Under the pieces are notes generated by a model, which ran no database searches, was not told where the DNA came from, and saw only the letters and a program-made list of their open reading frames with translations. Shown piece by piece: positions 1 to 8,837 of a stretch of 64,000 nt of DNA (positions are counted from its first letter, which is position 1; the number at the start of each line of letters is the position of its first letter). The stretch is taken from the NCBI GenBank assembly GCA_963727445.1, contig CAVSGI010000006.1:704001-768000 (forward strand), given 5' to 3'. Position numbers and translations under genes: made by a program. The stretch comes from an uncultured delta proteobacterium (lineage in GTDB: Bacteria > Myxococcota_A > Polyangia > Polyangiales > B10-G4).

Positions 1-1
1 C

Positions 2-571
2 GAGGCCAGTGGCGTCGATCGCTGCGCCTGGGTGGGGCTTTCGTGGGGCGGCATGGTGGGGATGCGGCTCGCCGCCCGTCACCCCGAGCGCGTCGCGGCG
101 CTGGTGCTGATGGACACCTCGGCCCACGCGGAGCCGCGCCTCAAGAAGGTGTCCTACCGGCCGCTGGTGGCCATCTCGCAGCGGCTCGGGCCGGTGCGGC
201 CCCTGTGCGAGGTGGTCGCGCGCATCATGATGGCGCCCGAGACCTTCGCGCAGGCGCCGGCGCGGGTCGAGGGCTTCATTCAGACCCTCATGCGGATGGA
301 CCCGGAGTCCATCGCGCACGTGATCGACGCCATCGTCTTCCACCGTGACGACTGCACGCCGGAGCTGTCGAAGATCCGGGCTCCGACCCTGGTGGTGGTG
401 GGCGAGCAGGACGGGGCGACCCCCGTAGGGGAAGCCGAGCATCTGGTGCGACAGATCCGGGGGGCCCGCTTCGTGCGCATCCCCGACGCAGGACATCTGA
501 GCGCCTACGAGCAGCCGGAGCGGGTCAACGCGGCCCTGCTCGCTTTTCTGCAGGACAACCTCGAACAATAG
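2..571 (+). CDS. alpha/beta-fold hydrolase (3-oxoadipate enol-lactonase-like), 5' truncated by window edge
   Basis: Frame is open from base 2. G-L-S-W-G nucleophile elbow, PTLVVVGEQD acid motif and AGHL catalytic His. Confidence 0.85.
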   Translation, partial: EASGVDRCAWVGLSWGGMVGMRLAARHPERVAALVLMDTSAHAEPRLKKVSYRPLVAISQRLGPVRPLCEVVARIMMAPETFAQAPARVEGFIQTLMRMDPESIAHVIDAIVFHRDDCTPELSKIRAPTLVVVGEQDGATPVGEAEHLVRQIRGARFVRIPDAGHLSAYEQPERVNAALLAFLQDNLEQ

Positions 572-726
572 AGAGTTGGCGCTCAGGCGCGCCGGTGTTA
601 GCTTTGGGGACCTCGACGCCCAACTGGGGCGAGGGTGGCCCAGCCGGGGCCACCGACACGATGCCGAAGTGCGCAGCGTGCGAGAAACACGGGCTGCGTG
701 ACGCATCGAAAATTACGAGGACTTCT

Positions 727-775
727 CCGCGGCAGATCCGCGGTGATTGAGGGGCGCCCTTTTCGGAGGGCGTCC
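727..775 (+). promoter_or_regulatory. structured 5' leader of the RRM gene
   Basis: CCGCGG-cagat-CCGCGG hairpin (727-743) and a 10-bp stem closed by a UUCG tetraloop (752-775), just upstream of the purine-rich RBS. Confidence 0.35.
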
Positions 776-796
776 GCCGGAAAGAGAGAGAGATTC

Positions 797-1087
797 GTGA
801 GCAGACTATTCGTTGGTGGGCTGAGCTGGGATACGTCGGATGATGGACTTCGTGCGGCCTTCGAAGAGTTCGGCGGTGTCGTCGAAGCCAAGGTGATCAC
901 GGACCGGGACACCGGTCGCTCGCGGGGCTTCGGCTTCGTGACGATGGAAAACCGCGATGCCGCGCAGAAGGCGAAGGAAGCCATGGACGGCGCGACCCTC
1001 GACGGTCGCTCCATTCGCGTCGACGAGGCCCACGAGCGCAGCCGCGGTGGCGGCGGCGGCGGCGGTGGGGGTCGAGGCCGCTACTAG
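797..1087 (+). CDS. RNA-binding protein (single RRM with Gly-rich/RGG tail)
   Basis: GTG start after AGAGAGAG. RNP2 LFVGGL, RNP1 RGFGFVTM and C-terminal GGGGGGGGRGRY. Confidence 0.93.
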   Translation: MSRLFVGGLSWDTSDDGLRAAFEEFGGVVEAKVITDRDTGRSRGFGFVTMENRDAAQKAKEAMDGATLDGRSIRVDEAHERSRGGGGGGGGGRGRY

Positions 1088-1480
1088 CGGCCGAGACCTA
1101 CCCGAAGTGCTCGAGGACGCTCGGAGGGGAGCGCGCAAGCGCAGCGGCGCCGGAGGCGACGCGCAGCTGGAGCGCGCCCCGTAGAGTGCCCTCGAGCCGG
1201 ATTGGGGGGTCGAGGCCGGTACTAGCGGCCGAGACCTACCCGAAGTGCTCGAGGACGCTCGGAGGGGAGCGCGCAAGCGCAGCGGCGCCGGAGGCGACGC
1301 GCAGCTGGAGCGCGCCCCGTAGAGTGCCCTCGAGCCGGATTCGGGGGTCGAGGCCGGTACTAGCGGCCGAGACCTACCCGAAGTGCTCGAGGACGCTCGG
1401 AGGGGAGCGCGCAAGCGCAGCGGCGCCGGAGGCGACGCGCAGCTGGAGCGCGCCCCGTAGAGTGCCCTCGAGCCGGATTG
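1067..1480. repeat. three tandem 138-bp direct repeats with internal hairpins
   Basis: Units 1067-1204, 1205-1342 and 1343-1480 are identical except C1081 vs G1219/G1357 and the last base (G/C/G). Confidence 0.95.
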
Positions 1481-1506
1481 CCATCACCGGCCCCCACCGG
1501 GCCCGG

Positions 1507-2703
1507 CTAGGCCGTACCGAGGAGTCGCCTCAGGACCCGGACGGGCAGCGCGCCATCGTCCGGCCTGAGACGGCTGTCCTTGCCGAAACGCAGCTTCTCA
1601 CCGCGCCACTGAACGGAGCGGGAGAAGATGCTGTGAAACCACACCGCGCCCATGAGCGTGTCCTTCAGCGGGGCCAGGGCGAGGTAGCGCAGACGCATCG
1701 GCTCGTCTCGCAACAGCCGGATGGCGTACGCGTCACCCGCGATCTTGAGCATCGCCACGATGCCCCAGATGGCCGCGAAGCGCGGGTCGAAGCCGCTCAC
1801 GATGAGCGCCAGCGCGCAGAGGGCGTTGGGGTTCGCGGCCAGGTCGCCGACGAAGCCGCCGACGTGGATCACCGCGCGCATCTTGAGCCAGCGGCCGTGG
1901 CGCGAGAGGAACTGACGCGTGTGGATCGCGTGGTTCACGTTCTCGATGGTGGTGGCCGACAGGAGCACCTTCTTGCCGAGGCGCTGGTAAGCCCGGCCGA
2001 GGATGAAGTCTTCGGCGAGGATGTCGCGGACGCTTTCGAGACCGCCGGCCTCGTCCAGCTCCCGGCGTGACAGGAGCATGGACTTGCCGACCACGCAGCT
2101 GATGCCCGCAAGGTGCAGGGCGGTGGCCATCGCCGGGGTGATGAAGCAGGTGAGCTGCAGGTTCTCGAGAGCGGCGCCGACCGAGCGCTCTCCCGAGCCC
2201 ACCACCATGCTGGTGAGGAGCGAGGCGCCGGTGGACTGCATCTCGCCGACCACCCGACGCAAGTAGTCCGGGCGCAGTCGCACGTTGGCGTCGGACTGCA
2301 GGATCAGGTCGTAGCGCGCGGCCTTCTTCGCGCCTTGGAGGTTCGCCACCTTGGGGTTGAGACCGAAGCTCGCGTCGCTGCGGACGAAACGAACGTCCCA
2401 CTCGGGATGTCGCGCGGCGACCGCGCGGGCCACCGCCATCCCGGGATCGTCCGCCTCGGTGGAGGCGAAGATGATCTCCATCGCGCCCGGGTAGTCCTGG
2501 GCAAAGACGCTCTCGAGGTTCTCCTCGAGGCCTTCCTCGAGGCCCTTGATGGGCTTGAGCAGGGAGACGGGCGGGGCGTCTGCGCCGAGGTCGCTCGGCG
2601 GCGCCAGCCGAACGTGATGCCGTGTGCAGACAAGCCCGACGCCGAAGAAGAGGAGGGCACCGGCGGCGACGGCGAGGAGCACCCATGCGGCGGTGACGAA
2701 CAC
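1507..2703 (-). CDS. GT2/GT21 ceramide glucosyltransferase-like (HpnI-like) membrane glycosyltransferase
   Basis: N-terminal TM. VSLLKPIKG, NPKVANL, SDAN, LAEDF and RHGRW motifs, then C-terminal TMs with WRG. Confidence 0.85.
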   Translation of the reverse strand: MFVTAAWVLLAVAAGALLFFGVGLVCTRHHVRLAPPSDLGADAPPVSLLKPIKGLEEGLEENLESVFAQDYPGAMEIIFASTEADDPGMAVARAVAARHPEWDVRFVRSDASFGLNPKVANLQGAKKAARYDLILQSDANVRLRPDYLRRVVGEMQSTGASLLTSMVVGSGERSVGAALENLQLTCFITPAMATALHLAGISCVVGKSMLLSRRELDEAGGLESVRDILAEDFILGRAYQRLGKKVLLSATTIENVNHAIHTRQFLSRHGRWLKMRAVIHVGGFVGDLAANPNALCALALIVSGFDPRFAAIWGIVAMLKIAGDAYAIRLLRDEPMRLRYLALAPLKDTLMGAVWFHSIFSRSVQWRGEKLRFGKDSRLRPDDGALPVRVLRRLLGTA

Positions 2704-2769
2704 AGCGGGCCGAAGATGGCATGGGCACTTTGGCCGGGCAACAATGCCGGGGCCCGTAAAGACGCTGAA

Positions 2770-2784
2770 TTACAATCTGTTACA
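2770..2784 (-). promoter_or_regulatory. candidate response-regulator binding site (10-bp-period direct repeat)
   Basis: TTACA at 2770-2774 and 2780-2784 (minus strand TGTAAcagatTGTAA), in an AT-rich patch about 70 bp upstream of the glycosyltransferase. Confidence 0.3.
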
Positions 2785-2885
2785 TTTGCGCCGGCGTCGC
2801 GTTGCCGAGCCGTTTCGAGATCGCCTTTGGGGCGAGCGGCGGCGCACTCTTGGTCAAGTGACCCTGCCCGCCGCGAGGCCTTCTC

Positions 2886-3422
2886 CTAGAAACAGCCCGC
2901 GAGGCAGGTCCGGTGCTCGATCTCGCAAGCCTCTCGGCAGCCGCCATAGGGCTCGTCGCAGCGGCGGATGCAGGTGTACCAGCGCGGATCGCAGACGCCG
3001 CTGCACTGATGGTCCGGGTTGGGCGGGGAGGGCAGCCGCTCCTCGTCGCGCGGTGGCGTCGCGGCGGTGGACTCGTCCGCACCCTCGGCGTCCATCACGT
3101 CTTCGCTCATCACCAGGTACGACGCCGTGTAGGAGGTGCCGAGCTGCGCGGAGGGGATGCCGGGCATCGCCGTGACCTCTCCACCCGAGAGGCGGGCGCG
3201 CGCATAGGCGAGGCGCTCGGGACTCTGCCCGAGCGTGTAGTGGTGGAGCCAGACCGTCCAACACTCGTGGCGTTGATCAGGCGTGACCGAGGTGTCGTAG
3301 TCGGCGCTGTGGCAACGCTCGAAGAAAGTGTTCGACTGGTGCACCATGCGGAGGCTGGGGGCGCAACCCAGCGCGCCTGCCGCGAGCAGGAGGAGCCCAC
3401 CAAGACCGAGGACGCCACGCAT
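2886..3422 (-). CDS. Cys-rich hypothetical lipoprotein
   Basis: Lipobox ALGC after a hydrophobic stretch and a C-terminal Cx3C-rich helical region. Start chosen from the TGnTATCTT box 8 nt upstream. Confidence 0.7.
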   Translation of the reverse strand: MRGVLGLGGLLLLAAGALGCAPSLRMVHQSNTFFERCHSADYDTSVTPDQRHECWTVWLHHYTLGQSPERLAYARARLSGGEVTAMPGIPSAQLGTSYTASYLVMSEDVMDAEGADESTAATPPRDEERLPSPPNPDHQCSGVCDPRWYTCIRRCDEPYGGCREACEIEHRTCLAGCF

Positions 3423-3966
3423 GCCTTCAGAAGATAGCATCCGAGACGCACCTCCTTCCATCGGCCGGGCGCGTTACGACGTCGCAGGCTTCGGCACATT
3501 GTGGCTCTTCTGGAGCGATGTCGGACTCACGCACCTCACGCTCCCAGGGGCACAGATGCATGACGCGGAGGTCCCCGTAGGGGAGCTCCCCGACACCTGG
3601 AAGGGGATCCTCGATCGCTACTTCGCCGGGGAAGTCGTCGATTTGAACCAAATCCCCGTCGATCTGCATGGCAGTGATTTTCAAATTCGCGTGTGGGAGG
3701 CACTCCGACGCGTCCCACATGGAAAAGTACGCTCGTACGCCGGAATTGCTTCCGACATCGACAACCCGCGGGCCATGCGCGCCGTGGGCACGGCGAATTC
3801 GAAGAACCCGATCCCGATCGTCGTGCCCTGCCATCGCGTGCTCGAGCAGGGGAACAAGCTCGGCGGCTACAGCGGCGGCCTCGACAAGAAGCGCTTCCTG
3901 CTGCGTCTCGAGGGCGCGCGCATCGAAGGCGACGACGTGCTTCCGGGGCAGCTGGCGCTGCTCTGA
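3421..3966 (+). CDS. ogt: methylated-DNA--protein-cysteine methyltransferase
   Basis: FQIRVWEAL, RAVGTA and active-site PCHRV followed by LGGYSGG. Start is uncertain. Confidence 0.92.
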   Translation: MPSEDSIRDAPPSIGRARYDVAGFGTLWLFWSDVGLTHLTLPGAQMHDAEVPVGELPDTWKGILDRYFAGEVVDLNQIPVDLHGSDFQIRVWEALRRVPHGKVRSYAGIASDIDNPRAMRAVGTANSKNPIPIVVPCHRVLEQGNKLGGYSGGLDKKRFLLRLEGARIEGDDVLPGQLALL

Positions 3967-4034
3967 CGCTGTTCCCATGACCGTCCCGTAGCCGCGCCGC
4001 ACGAAGTGCAAACGCGGGGTGATACGATCTGTGC

Positions 4035-4712
4035 ATGGGGCGTTGGTGGTGGGTCTGTCTCGTCGTCGCCGGCTGCGGGTTGGAGACGAGCGCGCTCGCG
4101 CCGCCCGAGGAGGGCGTGGCCGACGCGTCGGTGGGCGACGGCGCGGCCGAAGGCGGCCCGACGGACGCGCGCGTCGATTCCCGCGTGGCGGCGGACGGGT
4201 CGATGGACGCGGGGCCGACCGACGGCGGCACACCCGATGGCGCGGCGCCCGACGGAGCGATGATGGATGGCGGGGTGGCGGACACGGCGCCCCCCGACAC
4301 GCGTCCGCCGGATGCGACACCTGCGTGCCCGAGCGGGTACGACCGAAGCCTCGGCGCGTCTCGCAGCTGCTATCGCATCGTGTCGACCACGCGCACCTGG
4401 CAAGATGCCGAGCGGGACTGCGAATCGGACGGCGCGCATCTCATCGTCGTCAACGACAGCGTCGAGGACGACTTCGTCCCCGACTATCACTGGATGGGCT
4501 TCTCCGAGACAGTCACCGATGGCGACTGGCGCTGGGTCACCGGCAGCCGCAACTCCGGCTATCTCGGCTGGGCCGGCGGCGAGCCCGCCTACGGCGGCGC
4601 CGCGTGCGCCGTCCAACGCCCCGACGGCTGGCACGACGACAACGACTACGAGTCGAAGGCCTACGTCTGCGAGCACGACGGTGACGCGGCCGACGCCGCG
4701 GCCTGGGAGTGA
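4035..4712 (+). CDS. lipoprotein with C-type lectin-like domain
   Basis: Lipobox VAGC, then a DAG/DGG low-complexity linker. CTLD pattern CPSGY..SCY..TWQDAERDC..GAHL..WMG..WRW..GEP..C..WHD..YVCE. Confidence 0.8.
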   Translation: MGRWWWVCLVVAGCGLETSALAPPEEGVADASVGDGAAEGGPTDARVDSRVAADGSMDAGPTDGGTPDGAAPDGAMMDGGVADTAPPDTRPPDATPACPSGYDRSLGASRSCYRIVSTTRTWQDAERDCESDGAHLIVVNDSVEDDFVPDYHWMGFSETVTDGDWRWVTGSRNSGYLGWAGGEPAYGGAACAVQRPDGWHDDNDYESKAYVCEHDGDAADAAAWE

Positions 4713-4764
4713 CGACAGGGCGCCGTTCGACGCGCACCTGGGCAGGGTGCCGCGCGACAGCGAG

Positions 4765-5937
4765 TCAGGGCGCGGCCGCGAAGCACCCATTCTCGACCGG
4801 TGGGCACGCCTCCCCGCATCGCTCGACCGGCGTCCCATCGCTCGTCATGCTGCCCCGGCAATCGTCCGGTCCGGTGCAGACGCCACCCCCACACCCGGGG
4901 CCTTCCCAGCAGCAGACCGAGTGGATGCAATTCGTCCAGCCTCCGGCCATGGCGCAGCGCGCCGCGCACTGAGCGCCGCTGATGCAGTCGATGGTGCCGC
5001 TCCCCAGGTCGAGGGTGCACGTGGCGCGATCACAGGTGATGCCGACGTCCCCGCCCATGACCGTGCACGTGGCTTCCGTGCCGCGGCACTCGACGTTGCC
5101 CATGTCGACCTGGATGTCACAGGTCGCATAGAGACACGTCACGTCCGCTTCGGCAGCCATGACGTGGCACTGCGTCGTGTCGCCGTCGCACTCGACCCGG
5201 CACGGGCCATCGCACGTGAACGTGCAGTCACAGCCGTCGGGGCAGACGCAGGCGCCGTCGCAGGACTCGGTACAGGTGCCATCGCCTCCGCACACGCTGC
5301 ACCCGACATTCGGCGGCGACGTACAACCAAGGGCCGCATCGCAGACCTCCCCGCTCGCGCACAGCCCGTCGTCCGGCGTGACGATGCACGCGCCATCCGT
5401 GCAGCTGGACGTGGCGCAAGCCACGGGCGCCGCGCAGTCCTCGTCGCGCATGCAGGCGGGCGCGCCGCAAAGCTCCGGCGACTCGATCGTGCAGGTCGGC
5501 GGTGCGCAGCGCCCGGCGACGCACGCCGTGTACGCCGGATCGCCGTCGGGGAGGGGGCACATGACGCCGATGCAGTTGCGACTCATGACGATGGTGACGC
5601 CGAGCGGCCCATCCACGTCGAGGCGCACGTTGCGTGCGAGCACCACGGTTCCGGCCAGGAGAAGCCGGACCTGGGCGACGTTCGGCCCCGACGGCACGTT
5701 GCCGAACTCCGCAACGACCTGGCCCGCTGCGAAGTCCTCGCTCAGGGCGACGTCTCGCTCGAAGGTGCGAGCGATCCCGAAGGCAGCGTCGCCATCGAAG
5801 AGGGCGGTCTGAACGCGGTCGAACTCGACCCCCGGGCGCAGGTCGGAGCGCACGGAGAAGATCACCTCCGCCCCGTCGGCGTTGCACGCGGCCCCCAGAG
5901 CAGCGAGGGCTATCGTGGCGACGAGGGCTCGTCTCAT
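4765..5937 (-). CDS. Cys-rich secreted lipoprotein
   Basis: Lipobox GAAC, a beta-rich N-domain, then many short Cys-spaced repeats typical of myxobacterial surface proteins. Confidence 0.75.
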   Translation of the reverse strand: MRRALVATIALAALGAACNADGAEVIFSVRSDLRPGVEFDRVQTALFDGDAAFGIARTFERDVALSEDFAAGQVVAEFGNVPSGPNVAQVRLLLAGTVVLARNVRLDVDGPLGVTIVMSRNCIGVMCPLPDGDPAYTACVAGRCAPPTCTIESPELCGAPACMRDEDCAAPVACATSSCTDGACIVTPDDGLCASGEVCDAALGCTSPPNVGCSVCGGDGTCTESCDGACVCPDGCDCTFTCDGPCRVECDGDTTQCHVMAAEADVTCLYATCDIQVDMGNVECRGTEATCTVMGGDVGITCDRATCTLDLGSGTIDCISGAQCAARCAMAGGWTNCIHSVCCWEGPGCGGGVCTGPDDCRGSMTSDGTPVERCGEACPPVENGCFAAAP

Positions 5938-5968
5938 GCCAGAGAGTATGACGGAAGACGCGGTCGCC

Positions 5969-8758
5969 TCACGAGAGCCGCGAAAGCGCGGCCTCGAGCT
6001 CGCCCTTCTTCGCCGTCAGCTCGGCGTTGCGGGCGCGCTCCGCTTCGACTTTTTCGGCGGGGGCGCGCTCGACGAACTTGTCGTTCGCGAGCTTCTTGGT
6101 CGACTGGTCGAGTTCCCTGTCGACCTTCTTGAGCTCGCGGCCGAGGCGCTCCTTTTCCTTGTCGACGTCGATGACGTCGGGGACGACGACCTTGATCCCG
6201 GCGTCGTAGAAGACGGCGGCGCGGGGGCCGGTGACGGCGTCGAGGGCGGCGGCGTCGTCCACCACCGTGACCTCGGCGTTGGTCAGGCGCGCGATGAGCT
6301 TCGTCTCCCGCGAGAGCACCTCTCGCGCCACCGCGTCTTCAGCCCACGCGTGGAGCGCGATGCCGTTCGAGAAGGAGACCTGGTGCTCGGCGCGGATGGT
6401 CCGAACGCCCACGATGGTCGTCTGCAGGACCCCGACGTCGCGTTCGGCGTCCTCGTCGACGCGGAGGTCCGCTTCGCTCCGCGGGTAGGGCGCGACCATG
6501 ATGCTCGACCCGGCCCCGTCGTCCTTCGGAACGCGCTGCCAGATCTCCTCGGTGATGAACGGCATCATCGGATGGAGCGCGCGCAAGGTCGTCTCGAGCG
6601 CGTGGACCAGGGTCTGACGCGTCTCCGCCGCGACCGCCGGGTCCTCGCCCTGGTCGAGGAGCGGCTTCGTCAGCTCCAGGTACCAATCGCAGAGCTCGTC
6701 CCAGACGAAGTGGTAGAGCGCGCCGGTGGAGTCGTCGACGCGGTACTCCTCGAGGCCGCGATCGGCCGCCGCGACGGCGCGCGCCAGGCGTGACAGCACC
6801 CAGCGATTGATCAGCGCCTGCGGCTCGGGCCGCTCGCGCGTCGCCACCGCGTCCGACCCCTCGAGGTTCATCAGGGCGAAGCGCGAAGCGTTCCAGAGCT
6901 TGTTGGCGAAGTTGCGGTAACCCTCGATGCGCTTGATCGACAGGGCGATGCGCTTCTGTTGCGGCGAGTAGCTGAGCAGCGTCATCCGAAGGGCGTCGGC
7001 GCCGTAGGGCGCGAAGCCTTCCGGGTAGTGCTTGCGGATGTACTTGAGCCCGCTCTCCTTCGCCCCGCCTTCTTCGGCCTTCTTCAGCAGGACGTCGAGG
7101 GTCGCGCCGTGGATCACGTCCAGCGGGTCGATGACGTTGCCGCGCGTCTTGCTCATCTTGTCGCCGTTTTCGTCGGTGACCATCCCGCTCAGGAGCACGC
7201 GCCGAAAGGGAACGTCGTCCATGAAGTAGAGGCCCATGACGATCATCCGCGCGACCCAGAAGAAGAGGATGTCGTAGCCCGTCTCCATGTCGCTCGTGGG
7301 ATAGAAGCGCGACAGCTCGAGGGTCTGGTCAGGCCACCCCAGCGTGGAGAAGGGCCACAGGCCCGAGCTGAACCAGGTGTCGAGCACGTCGTCGTCCTGC
7401 CGGAGCTCGGTGCTTCCGCACTCGGCGCACTTCGAGGGCGTCTCGCGGGCGACTGTGACGTGGTCGTTCGGGCAGTACCAGGCCGGGATCGGGTGCCCCC
7501 ACCAGAGCTGACGCGAGATGCACCAGTCCTGGATGTTCCGCATCCAGTGGAAATAGGTCTTCTTCCACTCCTCGGGGATGATCTCGATGCGCCCGTCCTC
7601 GACGACCGCGATCGCGGGCTTCGCGAGCGGCTCCATCTTGACGAACCACTGGGTCGAGATCATCGGCTCGACCACGGTCTTCGAGCGCTGCGACTTGGGC
7701 AGCGTCATCATGTGCTTCTTCTCGCCGCGGGCGAGGCCGAGCTTTTCGAGCTCCGCTTTCACAGCCTTGCGGGCGACGAAACGGTCCATCCCCGCAAACG
7801 GTCCGCCCTCGGCGTTGAGCGTCCCGTCGAGGTTCAGGATGTTGATCTCTTCCAGCCCGTGCCGCTTGCCCGTCGCGAAGTCGTTCGGGTCGTGGGCGGG
7901 CGTCACCTTCACGCAGCCGGTGCCGAACTCCATGTCGACCAGCTCCGCGTCGCAGATGATCGGGATCAATCGATCGACGAAGGGGTGCTTCACCTTCTTG
8001 CCGTGGAGGTGTTTGTAACGCTCGTCGTCCGGATGCACCGCGATGGCGGTGTCACCGAGCATCGTCTCGGGGCGCGTCGTCGACACGACGATCTCGCCGC
8101 CGCCGTCTTCTTCCGAGACCAGATAGGCGAAGTCGAAGAGCGAGCCCTCGACGTTCTCCTGCTGCTCGACCTCGAGGTCGCTGAGCACCGTCTGCGAGCC
8201 GACGTCCCAGTTCACGAGGCGCGTGCCGCGATAGATCAGCCCCTCCTCGTAGAGCTTCACGAAGGCCTCGCGCACGGCGCGGCTGAGCCCCTCGTCCATG
8301 GTGAAGCGCTCGCGCGACCAGTCGCAGGAGGCGCCCATGATGCGGAGCTGCCGGAGGATGCGGCCGCCTTTCTCCTCTTTCCACTTCCACACGCGCTTCA
8401 GGAACTCCTCGCGTCCGAGCTCCTGACGCGTCAGGCCCTCCTTCGCGATCTCGCGCTCGACCATCACCTGCGTGGCGATGCCCGCGTGATCGGTACCCGG
8501 GATCCAGAGCGTGTTGCGGCCCTGCATTCGCTTGTGGCGGATGAGCACGTCCTCGAAGGTCGTGCGGCAGGCGTGGCCCATGTGGAGCGAGCCGGTCACG
8601 TTCGGCGGCGGGATGGCGATGGTGTAGGGCTCGCGGTCGTCGTCCTCCGCCGCGCTCGCCGCGAAGAGACCGGCGTCCTCCCAGAACGCATACCATTTGG
8701 GCTCGACGTCCCGGGAATCGTAGGCCTTCGGCATCTCGCCGCTGAATTCGTCGCTCAT
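5969..8758 (-). CDS. valS: valine--tRNA ligase
   Basis: PPPNVTGSLHMGH (HIGH), DWCISRQLWWGH, KMSKT and a C-terminal coiled coil. Confidence 0.98.
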   Translation of the reverse strand: MSDEFSGEMPKAYDSRDVEPKWYAFWEDAGLFAASAAEDDDREPYTIAIPPPNVTGSLHMGHACRTTFEDVLIRHKRMQGRNTLWIPGTDHAGIATQVMVEREIAKEGLTRQELGREEFLKRVWKWKEEKGGRILRQLRIMGASCDWSRERFTMDEGLSRAVREAFVKLYEEGLIYRGTRLVNWDVGSQTVLSDLEVEQQENVEGSLFDFAYLVSEEDGGGEIVVSTTRPETMLGDTAIAVHPDDERYKHLHGKKVKHPFVDRLIPIICDAELVDMEFGTGCVKVTPAHDPNDFATGKRHGLEEINILNLDGTLNAEGGPFAGMDRFVARKAVKAELEKLGLARGEKKHMMTLPKSQRSKTVVEPMISTQWFVKMEPLAKPAIAVVEDGRIEIIPEEWKKTYFHWMRNIQDWCISRQLWWGHPIPAWYCPNDHVTVARETPSKCAECGSTELRQDDDVLDTWFSSGLWPFSTLGWPDQTLELSRFYPTSDMETGYDILFFWVARMIVMGLYFMDDVPFRRVLLSGMVTDENGDKMSKTRGNVIDPLDVIHGATLDVLLKKAEEGGAKESGLKYIRKHYPEGFAPYGADALRMTLLSYSPQQKRIALSIKRIEGYRNFANKLWNASRFALMNLEGSDAVATRERPEPQALINRWVLSRLARAVAAADRGLEEYRVDDSTGALYHFVWDELCDWYLELTKPLLDQGEDPAVAAETRQTLVHALETTLRALHPMMPFITEEIWQRVPKDDGAGSSIMVAPYPRSEADLRVDEDAERDVGVLQTTIVGVRTIRAEHQVSFSNGIALHAWAEDAVAREVLSRETKLIARLTNAEVTVVDDAAALDAVTGPRAAVFYDAGIKVVVPDVIDVDKEKERLGRELKKVDRELDQSTKKLANDKFVERAPAEKVEAERARNAELTAKKGELEAALSRLS

Positions 8759-8837
8759 CGGACCGGTTCCATACGGGACCTTGGCCGCAGGAACAAGTGG
8801 CGAGCGAAGCGTGGCGGGAAGGGGAGTGCGGCGACGC

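Noticed and set aside
1067..1480. CRISPR array
   Set aside because: The units are near-identical over their whole length, with no unique spacers and no cas genes.
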